DNA of 63,551 bases, counting the filler, from Octopus bimaculoides (taxonomy: Eukaryota): the NCBI RefSeq assembly GCF_001194135.2. It is 4 parts of 3 records of this genome, joined end to end, with 100 filler letters (N's around TTAATTAATTAA, not from the genome) between each part and the next. Parts side by side here need not be neighbours in the genome. Positions count along the whole stretch, not along the records: positions 1 to 16,804 come from NC_068985.1; positions 16,905 to 37,587 come from NC_068987.1; 2 more parts are not named here. The stretch is one strand, 5' to 3'. Of the stretch, positions 12,469-25,350 are shown piece after piece (positions within the stretch are counted from its first letter, which is position 1; each line of letters starts with the position of its first letter). Position numbers and translations under genes: made by a program. The notes beneath the pieces were generated by a model. It was not told the DNA's origin and made no database searches. It saw only the letters and a program-made list of their open reading frames with translations.

Positions 12469-12744
12469 GCGTTTCTGTCTTGACATCATGCAATAGTTGT
12501 AAATGAGTATCACTATTGCAAGTGATGCTGTTTGTTTCCAGTTTTCTATGGAACCAAGTTTGGCTAAGGGAGGTGGTGGGGTAAAAACAGGTGATCACTG
12601 GTGACAGAAAAGGCATCTGATTGTAGAAAATCTGCTTGAACAAACTCCATCTGATTCAAGCAGGTATAGAAAAGTGGATGTTAAAATGATGATAATAATA
12701 TATGTAGAGAACTCATTTGATTCTCTATTAAAGGAGGAAAAGAC

Positions 12745-13128
12745 AAGTGTCTTCAGCTATAGCTTTAGGCTGACGAAAGCCTAGTGAGTGGATTTGGTAG
12801 ACAGAAACTGAAAGAAGCTTGATGTAATATATATATAGCGTTGCCAGTGCCGTTGGACTGACTCCTGTGCAGATGACACATAAAAACACCATTTGAGTGT
12901 GGCTGTTGCCAGTACCGCCTGACTGGCCCCTGTGCCGGTGGCATGTAAACACACCCACTACACTCTCAGAGTGGTTGGCATTAGGAAGGGCATCCAGCTG
13001 TAGAAACTCTGCCAGATCAGATTGGAGCCTGGTGCAGCCATCTGGCTCACCAGTCCCCAGTCAAACCGTCAAACCCATGCCAGCATGGAAAGCGGATGTT
13101 AAACGATGATGATGATGATGATGATGAT
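12745..13128 (+). mobile_element. SINE fragment followed by an RTE 3' UTR with (GAT)n tail
   Basis: gtgagtggatttggtagacagaaactgaaagaagc at about 12785, then the RTE tail ending aaacgatgatgatg. Confidence 0.8.
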
Positions 13129-13189
13129 ATACACATTGTATATTTTTGATTTTGCACAGGTGCATTGTTTGCTTTTGATCTTGTTGACT

Positions 13190-13890
13190 ACACAGTATGG
13201 TAAGGTCAGTTGGGCACCATCTGTGAGAAAAATAGTACGATGCAATTCACTCTGCCTGAAATTTGGAAATGGCATGATGTAGTGCTTAGCATTCACACTG
13301 GAAGCTCCAATACGAGCATTTCAGAGTGTTTGGGTGTCAATCAGAGGACAATGCAATCTGAGGACATGTACCAAGAATGATAAAAATAAAATGTCCAGTC
13401 AACATCATGGTGTTTGGAGTGATCAAGAGGGTGGCTGCTGGAAGACCCTATGTCTGGCAACAGGACTCTGCACCATGCCACTTAAGCAGGAGAACTAAGT
13501 CATGGCTGTCAGACAATTTCTGCAACCACATCATCCCTTACATCTGACCACCTAACTCCTAAGACTGTAACCCCTTTGATTATTATGTGTGGGGTGCAGT
13601 TGAGTGAGAGATGAACAAAACTCCTTGTAACACCAAACATGAACTGATTGCAAGGATTATGGCAGCATTCACCAACTTAAACAAGCAGACCGTCCAGAAG
13701 ATTTGCAGGAGATTCTGAAGTCATCTGGGGGCCATGGTTGAAGCCAATGGCAATTTTATTGAATAAATTTACTCTTTAGTATTTCAAGATATTTTTATGT
13801 AATTTTGGTAAATATATGTTAAAATGAGATGTCAGTGCTATTTTCATTTTTGCATAACTTAGACGACAGTTTATTCACCGCATTCTGTAT
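13190..13890 (+). mobile_element. maT (DD37D-type) transposon deletion derivative
   Basis: N-terminal remnant, then VWQQDSAPCH...WPP.S.DCNPFDYYVWGAV; 3' end cagtttattcaccgcattctgta; homologous to 17250-17815 and 22025-22460. Confidence 0.85.
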
Positions 13891-13914
13891 ATATATATAA
13901 GTATATATATAAAA

Positions 13915-14118
13915 GCGCCTGTATGGTGTTACATGAAGGCACCCTGCATAATCTGTAAAGTGGTTGGTATTAGGAAGGGCATCCAGATGTAGAAACCATG
14001 CCAAATCAAACTGGAATCTGGTGCAGCTTGCCAGCCCTGGTCAAACCATCCAACCCATGCCAGTATGGACAACGGATATTAAATCATGATGATGATGATG
14101 ATGATGATGGTGATGATG
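13915..14118 (+). mobile_element. RTE 3' tail
   Basis: gtggttggtattaggaagggcatccag...aacccatgccagtatgg...(gat)n. Confidence 0.8.
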
Positions 14119-14181
14119 CTATATGTGTATTNNNNNNNNNNNNNNNNNNNNNNNNNNNNNNNNNNNNNNNNNNNNNNNNNN

Positions 14182-14380
14182 CACCGCTTGACAATGGGTA
14201 TTGGTGTGTTTATGTCTCCATAACTTCGCAGTTCAGTAAAAGAGACCAGTATAATAAGTACCAGGTTTAAGAGTAAAAATACTCATGGGTAGGGGTCGTT
14301 TGTTTGACTAAAAACTCTACAAGTTAAGTGCCCCATCATGGCTGCAGTACAATGACTGCAACAAATAAAAGATGAGAGAT
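14182..14380 (+). mobile_element. OK-like SINE 3' half
   Basis: cgcttgacaa...ggtgtgttta...aataagtaccagg...ggggtcgtttgtttgactaaa...aatgactg. Confidence 0.75.
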
Positions 14381-14539
14381 ACAAGCCAAATGAATAAACA
14401 AGAAGTGTCCAAGTGACATGTAGGAAGATATAAAGTGATGTTATATATTCTAGTAATTATAAATCTGCCTTGTAAAAGAAAACGTTTTTATAACTCTGAG
14501 ACAACCAGTGCCATTGTTGACATCACTGTCATAGCTGTC

Positions 14540-14620
14540 ACTATTGGTAACTTTATCATTGAACTATCTCTATTATCACAACCCCCACCATGGTAACAAC
14601 AACAAATACTGCTGCTGCTT

Positions 14621-14661
<41 letters not shown>

Positions 14662-15110
14662 GTCGCTGCTGCTGTTACTGCCACCACTGCTGCTGCTGTT
14701 GTTGCTATGCCACTTCTACTATTTCTCATCCCATTACCACCACCTCTTCTTTTATAATCACAATGACTGCTATGGTTACTACAACTGCTACAGCTGCTGC
14801 TGTTGTTGTTGCTATGCTGCTTCTACTACTTCTAATACCATTACCACCGCCTCTCCTTTAATAATCACAACCACTGCTACTGCTACTGCTACTACTACTA
14901 CTACTACTACTACTACTAGCTCATTCACAAACACTGCCATAGTAATTACAAGTATTACCATACTACAGGGTACCTCTAGCGCTATCCCTGTTACCATTAA
15001 CATTAAAGCGTCTACCACCTACACCTCCACTACCATCACTATTATCATTAACACTGTCACCACCTTCCTCTTACCACCACAACCACCTCTACTACTAAAA
15101 TCATCATCGG
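14540..15110. repeat. Compound trinucleotide low-complexity region (CTA/CTG/CAC)
   Basis: Alternating (tac)n, (ctg)n and (cac)n runs that produce homopolymeric pseudo-ORFs. Confidence 0.9.
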
Positions 15111-15467
15111 AGCCTAAATGGTATGCCCAGGTAACAAGACTCCAGGAGCCTTATAAAGACCATTCTTTAAGGAGCTGAGGAAGAAAAAAAGAAGGATGTG
15201 GGTTGACAGTATTGAAGATGGAGGTACAACAACAAAGAATGGTCAGGTATATTGCTTGTAGAAACCTGATTTGTGGCACACTACTATGGCACACTACTTC
15301 CTCAGACGGAGGAAGTAGTACACTACTGTGGCACACTACTTCCACAGATGGAGGAAAGTGAGGTACAGTATATCCCAATGGTGTTTCCCTATGATTCCAT
15401 GGACAATGATCCAGAGCACACCAAGCCATTCCTGTCTTCAAGAAACTGACAAGAACATATATAGTAG

Positions 15468-15860
15468 TAGGCATGGCTGTGTGGTTAAGATGTTTGCTTC
15501 ACAACTATGTGGTTTTGGGTTCAGTCCCATTACACAGCACCCTGGGCATGTCCTTAACTATAATCTCAGGTCTACCAAAGCCTTGTGAATGGATTTGGTC
15601 AATGAAAACTGAAAGGTTCTTGGTATCAGATGTAGTAAGCAAGAGAGAAGACTGTGCTGGTACAGTCATGTAATGCGTATGGATGAGGACAGTTGCATTA
15701 AGAATTGTCGAGGGGACGTGTAGAAGAGGTAGACCAAGGAAAATGTGGGACAAAGTGGTGAGAAAGGATTTTCGGACTTAGGCATTACAGAAGGGATGAC
15801 AGGGGACCAAGACCTCTGGTAGTTTGCTGTGCTTGAGAAGACATATCAAGCTAAGTAAAA
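15468..15860 (+). mobile_element. SINE 5' part fused to an RTE ORF 3' fragment
   Basis: ggcatggctgtgtggttaag...gggttcagtccc (15468-15617), then catgtaatgcgtatggatgaggac...agaagaggtagaccaaggaaaa (RTE C-terminus). Confidence 0.75.
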
Positions 15861-15984
15861 TGAGGTTGCTCTTGTACACAGGCTTGTCCCCTATATCCCC
15901 TACATAATAAATGTAATCTACAACCCCAACATAATTTTCCAGCTGAGCGATCCTAAACTTGTGGGCTCATTGGTGTTGGTGCTT

Positions 15985-16153
15985 TGTAAAAAGCACGTGT
16001 GCCAGTGTTACATAAAAGCACCTGTACTAATGCTGCATAAAAGCACCCAGTACACTCTGTGAAGTGGTTGGCATTAGGAAGGTCATCCAGACATAGAAGC
16101 CATGCCAAAACAAACATGGTGATGATGATGATGATGATGACGACGATGATGAT
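15985..16153 (+). mobile_element. RTE 3' tail
   Basis: aaaagcaccc..acactctgtgaagtggttggcattaggaagg...(gat)n. Confidence 0.7.
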
Positions 16154-16172
16154 GCACACACACACACACATA

Positions 16173-16206
<34 letters not shown>

Positions 16207-16804
16207 TTAGTGCATTATATTCTTGGGCAAAAATGCTTCATCTCACATTGCTCTGTCATTACTTTGACACATGACATGCGGGTCACTGTGCACCTGTTCA
16301 ACAATGTCAGTTTGAGAGCACATACATTTTGATCTCTATAAACAAATCATTTGTATAGGTTGAACACTCATACATCATCTTCAATGGGAGATTCCATCAT
16401 GTAACATATATATATAATAGACAATAGATAATAAATAATATTTCCACCACCCCACTTCGTTCTCTCTAACTATACATTTATGTCTTGAATTCATGATTAT
16501 TTATGTATTTTTTTCTCTATCTCACGCGATCTATTGTCTTCGCATCTACTTGTTGAAGTTTTTGCTCCTTAGCTCAAACCTGACTGAAATTTGTCTCTAA
16601 CTCCCTTTAAAAATTACGATTTTTAACTCTCATTTCTGTTACCGATTTAAACATTTAATCTCACGTTTAAACACTGCTGTGTTTCTTTCAACTTTTTCTA
16701 AAAACCTAACGAATTTGACCAGCATGATGTACTGCTGCCGGTTCTCCCTCTCCCTCCCTATTGTATTCTATCTCTCTCTCTCTCTCTCTGAATCACCACT
16801 TCTT

Positions 16805-16904
16805 NNNNNNNNNNNNNNNNNNNNNNNNNNNNNNNNNNNNNNNNNNNNTTAATTAATTAANNNNNNNNNNNNNNNNNNNNNNNNNNNNNNNNNNNNNNNN
16901 NNNN
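16805..16904. other. Assembly spacer N44-TTAATTAATTAA-N44 (also 37588-37687 and 51927-52026)
   Basis: Exactly 100-bp N blocks with a centred 12-mer that has stop codons in all six frames. Confidence 0.9.
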
Positions 16905-17178
16905 GTCATGGCTGTCGCTACAAAGTCTGCGTAGACGGAGGAATTGGGAATAGGGGATGGAAAGTTTTGTGTGTCTAGGGTGGGAGGAGGAGAAGTTGAG
17001 ATAGGAGTGTGAGTCTGTGTGTTTGTAGTGGATGGAGGTGCTAAGGGCGGAGTGGAGGATGCTGACCGAAATGTCGAGAAAGGGGACAGAGGTGTCAGAG
17101 ACAGTACAGGAGAAGTGGAGGGCAGGATGGAAAGACTGAACGAAAGAGAGGAACGAGTCAAGATGTTCGCGGGAGAGT
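16905..17178 (-). mobile_element. Penelope-like retroelement RT C-terminal fragment
   Basis: FHPALHFSCTVSDTSVPFLDISV...TSIHYKHTDSHSYLNFSSSHPRHTKLSIPYSQFLRLRRLCS, matching the PLE motifs HP..F, PFLD, Y.K.TD...YL...S.HP and SIPYSQ.LR.RR.CS. Confidence 0.88.
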
Positions 17179-17243
17179 GAGATGTTAGTGTTATTTTCAT
17201 TTTTGTGTAATTTAGACAACAGTTTATTCACCACACCCTGTAT
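17179..17243 (+). mobile_element. maT 3' terminus with TIR
   Basis: gagatgttagtgttattttcattttt...cagtttattcaccacaccctgTA. Confidence 0.75.
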
Positions 17244-17249
17244 GTATAG

Positions 17250-17815
17250 CCATAATCCTTGCCTTCAGTTCACCTTTGGTGTGACAAAGAGTTTTGTTGG
17301 TCTCTCACTCAACTGCACCCCGTACATAATAATCAAGTGGGGTTGCTGTCTGGGAAGTTAGGTGGCCAGATGTTAGTGGTGATGTGGTTGCAGAAATTGT
17401 CTGACAGCCATGACTGGGTTCTCCTGATTGTGTGGCATGGTGCAGAGTCCTGTTTCCGGATATAGGGTTTTCCAGCAGCCACCCTCTTGATCCAGGGCAG
17501 CACTACCTCCTCCAGGCACTTAATGCAGGCCTCTGTGTTGAATCTGAGGCCATGTGGGAAAATGAATGGAAGTATAACCTCATCATCACTAATGATCACT
17601 CCAATCACTATGATGTTGACTGGATGTTTGATTTTTATCACTCTTGGTACATGCCCTCAGATTGCACTGTCCTCAGACTGACACCCGAACACTCTGAAAT
17701 GTTCATATTGGAGCTTCCAGCATGAATGCCAATCAGTACAGCATGTCATTTCCAAATTTCTGGCAGAGCGATTTGCATCATGGTGCTGTTTTTCTCATAG
17801 ACAGTGCCCAACATA
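17250..17815 (-). mobile_element. maT (DD37D) transposase remnant
   Basis: ORF 17333-17641 contains KQDSAPCH...WPPNFPDSNP, then after a 1-nt frameshift LDYY. There are 37 residues between the second and third catalytic Asp. Confidence 0.9.
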
Positions 17816-17831
17816 ATAGCAACTATATATA

Positions 17832-18756
17832 TTAGGTCATCTCATAAATAATGCAGTTTTTTTTTATACTTCTTTTATTTTCAAAATTAAGATAAACAAA
17901 GTTCTTTCTTAATCTAAAATTTACTCTCCTTCATTTTCTATAATGATCTTCCATCTATCTGATAGACTTGCAAAGCCCTCTTCCAAAATTCACTTGTCAG
18001 TCATGAAAAATACTCCTCCAGTACTGTTCTGACCTTGTCTACAGAATTCACATTTTTTCCGTCCAAATGATTTTGAAGACTACGGAATAAATGATAATCA
18101 GATGGGGCAATGTCCAGTGAATATGGTGGGTGGGGCGTTGTTTCCCATTCAAATTGCTCCAGCCTTTGGAATGTCATCCTCGCTTTATATGGCTGAGCAT
18201 TATCCTGATGGAAGAAGACATTTCATCTTGAAACCAACCATGGTTGTTTTCTAATGGCACACAGGTGTCAATGAATGGTTGAATGACCAAATCCAAGCAT
18301 CTCTGCTAGTTCCTCAACAGTTACGATGGGATTTTGTTCCGCCAGGGTTTGCAGGACATCCTTGTTGAGCTCTACAGATCTTCCAGGATGAGGCTCATCT
18401 TCTAGGCTGTAGTTTCCAGCTCGGAATTTCTGGAACCACTGTTGGCACTGGCTTACATTTATTGTCCAATCTCCATATACTGCATTAATATTCCTCACAC
18501 TTTCCATTGTCTTGTTGCCTTTATTGAACTCATAAAGTAAAATATGCCAAATATGCTCGTTTGTCCCTTCCATTATAGCTTTGAAAAAATAACTGTTAAA
18601 ATCAAACTGTACTCTTCAAAACTGCTCTAAGAATAAAACTAAAGTAAAATTACAACCAGCTTTTATAGCAAGTTGATGTAGGTAGTTCATCCCAACCCCT
18701 TCCAACTTTTAGTTCATGGAATTGAAAAAACCCACATTATTTATGGGATGATCCAA
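17832..18756 (-). mobile_element. Mariner (DD34D) element with central deletion, TIRs and TA TSD
   Basis: HTH part MEGTNEHIWHILLYEF...WFQKFRAGNYSLEDEPHPGR (18268-18573) and catalytic part HQDNAQPY...HPPYSLDIAPSDYHLF (34-aa spacing). Ends are TA|ttaggtcatctcataaataatg and cattatttatgggatgatccaa|TA. Confidence 0.93.
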
Positions 18757-18765
18757 TATACATAT

Positions 18766-18814
<49 letters not shown>

Positions 18815-19256
18815 AAAGTAAATGAGTATATGCATATATACGTACAGGTATGTGCATACCGACATCCACCTGTNNNNNNNNNNNNNNNNNNNNNNNNNNN
18901 NNNNNNNNNNNNNNNNNNNNNNNNNNNNNNNNNNNNNNNNNNNNNNNNNNNNNNNNNNNNNNNNNNNNNNNNNNNNNNNNNNNNNNNNNNNNNNNNNNNN
19001 NNNNNNNNNNNNNNNNNNNNNNNNNNNNNNNNNNNNNNNNNNNNNNNNNNNNNNNNNNNNNNNNNNNNNNNNNNNNNNNNNNNNNNNNNNNNNNNNNNNN
19101 NNNNNNNNNNNNNNNNNNNNNNNNNNNNNNNNNNNNNNNNNNNNNNNNNNNNNNNNNNNNNNNNNNNNNNNNNNNNNNNNNNNNNNNNNNNNNNNNNNNN
19201 NNNNNNNNNNNNNNNNNNNNNNNNNNNNNNNNNNNNNNNNNNNNNNNNNNNNNNNN

Positions 19257-19298
<42 letters not shown>

Positions 19299-19302
<4 letters not shown>

Positions 19303-19815
19303 GGTGGGCATTGTTAATTGAAAAGTTAACTTCGTTAATTGTTAATCCATTAACCAAAAAGTTAACTTCGTTAATCATTAATTTGTTAATTCTTTGAAAA
19401 TGTAACAGAAGTTAACATTAATTCGTTAACTTTAACTTTTATTGAAAAATGTCATAACTATAGTTTAATACTCCATCGACTTTGTTGCCTCATAACTTTC
19501 AGTAAAATCAATACTTTTTAACAAAACCTTTACCAAATAATCACTTATATCCTGTAGATTGAGTGTATGTGAAGATTTGTTGGAAAAAATTTGATGAATT
19601 TTGTGAAGTACACTAGCACGTGTTTCACTAAGAAAAAAAATTTTTTTGCATGGAATCAAGTACCCTAACCTCCTAATATGCTGCAAACCCCTTGTTTTTG
19701 TTTGGAAAATAAGTGGCGTGGGAAACTGGACCCCCTGCAATCCTGGAATCATTGGAAATTTTTTTTTTTCATTGAGTGAATTACAATGACTTCCTAATAT
19801 GCCACAAAACACATT
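19299..19815 (+). mobile_element. Non-coding DNA-transposon-like repeat (copy 1)
   Basis: Begins cagaggtgggcattgttaattgaaaagttaac, an inverted homolog of 27290-27916. Related sequence resumes at 21190-21330. Class (hAT-like?) is uncertain. Confidence 0.6.
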
Positions 19816-19824
19816 TTCACAAGC

Positions 19825-20040
19825 CCCTGTGCTGGTAGCACGTAAAAAGCACCCACTACACTCTTGGAGTGGTTGGCATTAGGAAGGGCATCCAGCTGAA
19901 GAAACTTTGCTGGAACTGATTGGAGCCTGGTGCTGCCTCCTGGCTTGCCACACCTCAATCAAACCATCCAACCCATTCCAGCATGGAAAGTGGATGTTAA
20001 ACGATGATGATGATGATGATGATCATGATGATCATGATGA
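19825..20040 (+). mobile_element. RTE 3' tail
   Basis: gcacgtaaaaagcacccactacactcttggagtggttggcattaggaagggcatccagc...aaacgatgatgatg. Confidence 0.85.
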
Positions 20041-22024
20041 TATATAATATAATATATTGGTATACCATTGAAAGTGTAGGTAAACAAAGTATTACATGAA
20101 AGATGTGTGTGAGAGAGAGAGGGGGGAGAAAGATACCTTCACTCTCTCTCTCTCTCTCTCTCTCTATCTGTCTCTCTTTCTCCCCCTCTTCCCCCCCCCC
20201 NNNNNNNNNNNNNNNNNNNNNNNNNNNNNNNNNNNNNNNNNNNNNNNNNNNNNNNNNNNNNNNNNNNNNNNNNNNNNNNNNNNNNNNNNNNNNNNNNNNN
20301 NNNNNNNNNNNNNNNNNNNNNNNNNNNNNNNNNNNNNNNNNNNNNNNNNNNNNNNNNNNNNNNNNNNNNNNNNNNNNNNNNNNNNNNNNNNNNNNNNNNN
20401 NNNNNNNNNNNNNNNNNNNNNNNNNNNNNNNNNNNNNNNNNNNNNNNNNNNNNNNNNNNNNNNNNNNNNNNNNNNNNNNNNNNNNNNNNNNNNNNNNNNN
20501 NNNNNNNNNNNNNNNNNNNNNNNNNNNNNNNNNNNNNNNNNNNNNNNNNNNNNNNNNNNNNNNNNNNNNNNNNNNNNNNNNNNNNNNNNNNNNNNNNNNN
20601 NNNNNNNNNNNNNNNNNNNNNNNNNNNNNNNNNNNNNNNNNNNNNNNNNNNNNNNNNNNNNNNNNNNNNNNNNNNNNNNNNNNNNNNNNNNNNNNNNNNN
20701 NNNNNNNNNNNNNNNNNNNNNNNNNNNNNNNNNNNNNNNNNNNNNNNNNNNNNNNNNNNNNNNNNNNNNNNNNNNNNNNNNNNNNNNNNNNNNNNNNNNN
20801 NNNNNNNNNNNNNNNNNNNNNNNNNNNNNNNNNNNNNNNNNNNNNNNNNNNNNNNNNNNNNNNNNNNNNNNNNNNNNNNNNNNNNNNNNNNNNNNNNNNN
20901 NNNNNNNNNNNNNNNNNNNNNNNNNNNNNNNNNNNNNNNNNNNNNNNNNNNNNNNNNNNNNNNNNNNNNNNNNNNNNNNNNNNNNNNNNNNNNNNNNNNN
21001 NNNNNNNNNNNNNNNNNNNNNNNNNNNNNNNNNNNNNNNNNNNNNNNNNNNNNNNNNNNNNNNNNNNNNNNNNNNNNNNNNNNNNNNNNNNNNNNNNNNN
21101 NNNNNNNNNNNNNNNNNNNNNNNNNNNNNNNNNNNNNNNNNNNNNNNNNNNNNNNNNNNNNNNNNNNNNNNNNNNNNNNNNNNNNNNNATCTTTTCACAA
21201 AAAAAATGTTTTAATTTTGAAAATTTTTTTTTTCACTCCTACCACCCTTTCACTATTCCAGTCTGAAACAATTTTGGCCATTTTTTTTTTTTCACTACAC
21301 ACTTAAAACCCATGAGAGAAACATTTTCAGCTTTAAAAAAAATTTCTAATAATTTCAGAGGGAAATGTGTGATCTAAGGGAGATATGGCTGTTGTTTCTC
21401 ACTCATCCCAAAACTGTCCTCCTTGTGTCTTTCTCACTCACACATCTATTGATATTTCTTGATATTTTTCTCCCCATAAAAAAAATTTTATGGAATGATG
21501 ATGTCAAAGTAACACACATGTAGTCCCAACTGAGCGAGGCTGTGTTATGTGTATAAGAAAACAAAAATACCTAAAAACATCTTTAGTGTTCATATTAATC
21601 TGTCAAATTTAATGCTTATTTGTTCATGCTATTTTGAATTATTCAGGTTCAAGAGGGGTGTCCACAATATTTGCTTGTAACTTTGTAAATTTTTTACATA
21701 CAGATTTGAAATTTTGTCAGTGGGTGCTTTATATACCACTAGTTTATAGTTATGTAATTTTAGCTGATCTTGCTGAGTAAATTTGACTCTTATGGGCAGG
21801 TAAATTTAATTAACAGGTGTAAAAGCAATAACATTATGAATAAACACTAAAATTCTTAATTCATCTTACCTGTTTGATTTGTTACTAAAATGATCCCAGA
21901 AGGCAACTGTCAAAAATTTTGCCCCTTTCTAAGATGAGGTACATTAATTTGAATTAATTAAAATACAGGTATAATCAGTACAAGATTTTAATTTTTTTCC
22001 ACAATTTTTTCGGGTTCATTCTGC

Positions 22025-22460
22025 CCTGGGTTAAGAGGGTGGTTGCTGGAAAACCCTATATCTAGCAACAGAACTCTGCACCATGCCACACAAGCAGGAG
22101 AACTTAATCATGGCTGTCAGACAATTTCTGCGACCACATCACCCCTAACATCTGGCCACCTAACTCCTCAGACAGCTAACTCTCAGGTATGCAGCTGAGA
22201 CCAACAAAACTCCTTGTAACACCAAAGATGAACTGAAAGCAAGGATTATGGCAGCATTCACCAACTTAAACAAGGAGACCGTCCAGAAGACTTACAGGAG
22301 ATTCTGAAGTCGTCTGGAGGCTGTGATTGAAGCCAATTACAATTTTATTGAATAAATTTATTCTTTAATATTTCAAGATATTTTTATGCAGTTATGGTAA
22401 ATATATCTGTTAAAATGAGATGTCAGTGTTAGTTTCATTTTTGGGTAATTTAGATGACAG
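22025..22460 (+). mobile_element. maT 3' half
   Basis: aagagggtggttgctggaaaaccctat...aactctgcaccatgccac...accaaagatgaactgaaagcaagg; homologous to 13430-13870. Confidence 0.85.
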
Positions 22461-22689
22461 CATATTCAAGAGACATGATTCTGGATTGTGAAAAAGATAA
22501 CTCATTGCACAGAAAAGATTATAAAATATGGAGTTCTGCCCTCATTTAATTACAACAGCACAATATTGCACTTATGCAAGTAACAGAGAGAGTAGTAACT
22601 GAGATTGAAGGGTTAAATGGTTGGAAGGGAATATTTGAGGAAGTTAGGCAAGGTGCCCTATTGTCTATATAGACATTTTGCTTCCAGAA

Positions 22690-23880
22690 CTTCATTTCAC
22701 TGAAATGGATAGATCTTCTTGAGCATCACACTTTGCCAGTCATCCTGGCCCTTTATACTCTTCTCCTTATCTTCACATGTCTTCTGCATTCAGGGTCCAA
22801 ATCTCACTACCATGTAGCATTACAGTTTATACACAAGTATCATACCATATGCCTTTCATTTTAAGAGAGAAACCTTTTGTTACCAACAGAGATAATATCT
22901 CTCTGAACTTACTCTCGCCAGTTCATATTCTTGTAACTTAATTTTCCTATCAACCACTTCCAGTACAAAAATCACCTAGGTAAAAGAAGTTATCAACTAC
23001 CTCAAGCAAACCTCCCGGGCATTTGAGAAAATCTATTTCCTCTGCTTCTTTTATGCTTATTGATCCTATGTATCAGCCACACACAAAGTCTACTTGCTCT
23101 GTTAACCTGCCTGTGATATCATTGCACCAATAATGTGTCCATAGTTTGCACTGGGAAGCACTATAGAATTTCTACCTATTCTTTTTTTTTTGTCATTTCC
23201 CTGATGGATGCAAAGACATGTATATTTTCCTATTTATTAAAGCTTTTTAAGTTGATTTCAGTGCTTTTTGATTCCAGGTTTTGCATTAGCACCTGGAATT
23301 TCTTTTCTAATTCTGCTACTGATTCGGCTGTAACAATGAGGCCATCAGCATAGAAGAGTTCCCACAGCTAACTAGTCTTAAACTACTCTGTTATGGCCTG
23401 AAAGACAATGATGAATAGGAGGGAGCTGAGGACTGAGCCCTGATGAACTCCTACCTGCACATTAAATTCATCATTATACTCATTGTTACTGACAGCACCT
23501 CTTGTATGACTCTCACAAATCATTCAACTACCCCTAGCTTCTGCAGTGATCACTGGATCATAAAACAAGGGACATTGTCAAAAGCTTTCTTCAGATCACT
23601 GAATGCTAAATATAGCAGCTTGCTTTTAGCCAAGTACTTCTCTTGCTACTGCACCAGAAAAAATAAAGCAGCTGTAGTACTTTTCACTGCACACAACCAA
23701 ACAGCATCTCATCTAATCTAACGCTTTCTCTAATTAATCAAGTTACACATGTTTCTGTAACCTTGGATACTTTCATAATTTCTTCACTCTAAGGTATTTC
23801 CTTTACCCTTGTAACGGTTGACTATGATGCTGTTACACCAGATTAGTTACCAGTGGTTCCCATCATCGCTAAATCATAGC
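22690..23880 (-). mobile_element. Degenerate RTE LINE (RT core to 3' end, fragmented)
   Basis: Reverse strand shows EKYLAKSKLLYLAFSDLKKAFDNVPC, QVGVHQGSVLSSLLFII, a WELFYAD-like segment and EVVDNFFYLGD. Confidence 0.8.
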
Positions 23881-24250
23881 AACACAAAAATCACCTAAGT
23901 CTATAATCATACATTTTTTAAAAGCATATTTATCCCCAAGTAGCTAACACACACACACAGGCATATGCAAACACACATGCATGTACACAAACATCCATGC
24001 ACATGTGCACGCACATGCACACACACACATACACATGCACACATGCACACACACACATACGCAAACACACATCCATGTACACATGCACACACATAATTAT
24101 AATGATTTTTCTCAGCTTGTGGAGAAGTGAACTAATGTCATTTAAACCAGCAGGAATGACATTATTTGTCCACATACAGTAAAAATACAAATACTAAGTC
24201 AGTTTGGAACATAAATGGTTTTGAAAGTATATTTTTATGCTTGTGCAGTA

Positions 24251-24307
<57 letters not shown>

Positions 24308-25177
24308 NNNNNNNNNNNNNNNNNNNNNNNNNNNNNNNNNNNNNNNNNNNNNNNNNNNNNNNNNNNNNNNNNNNNNNNNNNNNNNNNNNNNNNNNNNNNN
24401 NNNNNNNNNNNNNNNNNNNNNNNNNNNNNNNNNNNNNNNNNNNNNNNNNNNNNNNNNNNNNNNTATGCGTGAAAGACTGATTTTACATATATATATATAT
24501 ATATATAATATTAGGGATAAAATCCAAAATTATAGGTAAAAACTCAATTAAAATCAATTTATTAAAAATTAAAATTAAATTAAGCTAATACTATGTATAT
24601 ATAAAAAAACACCTGTTTTATATAAATAAGCAAGATCTCTGTATTTTCACAGAATTATATTTGACAAGTTCGAAAGACGAACGAAAGCGCTAATATATGT
24701 ATAAAATAAACGAAAGAAGTTATTCCAAAATTCTGACGACTTTTTTTCAATATTTAATTCTGTACATCACACCTAACACTCTACACACACACACACACAT
24801 ATATATATAGAGAGAGAGGGGGGAGTAAAATAAGGATTTGGATAGAATCAGGGACTTGAAAAGATGTGCATCAGGTAGGGTTGGATAAACCTGTGCTTCC
24901 GGCCTATGGCTGGTAAGTATCAAATAGGATATTCCGGCTGTGTACACAGAGAAAACCAACCCTATGAGTGTTTAGCACCTAGTGGCTGATCCAAAGCATA
25001 CATTACATTGAATTGTACATTGTTGGTATACTCTAGGGTATTTGACAAGTCGTAAATCCCCTTAGTGTATTATAATCAAATGAATAATTACAGATGATAA
25101 ATAATTGTCCATCGTCTGTTATTATTCATGTTTTGCTAAAATTGCTGTTCAGAAAAAGGTAATTAAAATTCATCAAA

Positions 25178-25350
25178 ATGACAGATCTATCGGACTTTCA
25201 AAGAGGTCAAATTGTTGGTGCTCGTATGGCAAGTGCTAGCATAATGAAAACAGCTGAAATGTTTGGTGTATCAAGAAGTACTGTCTCAAAAGTAATGACA
25301 GCTTTTGAGAAAGAGGGAAAAACATCCTCGTTGAAACAAAACTCCGGAAT
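25178..25350 (+). mobile_element. Tc1-family transposase N-terminal HTH fragment
   Basis: MTDLSDFQRGQIVGARMASASIMKTAEMFGVSRSTVSKVMTAFEKEGKTSSLKQNSG. Confidence 0.85.

Noticed and set aside
14544-15178. Poly-Tyr/Cys/Thr ORFs, and similar poly-Leu, poly-Asn, poly-Val and CV/HT ORFs elsewhere
   Set aside because: They are translations of microsatellites with no splice or homology support.
16805-16904. TTAATTAATTAA centred in N-runs, three times (also 37588-37687 and 51927-52026)
   Set aside because: The identical 44N-12-44N geometry and six-frame stop content mark an artificial scaffolding spacer, not a biological motif.
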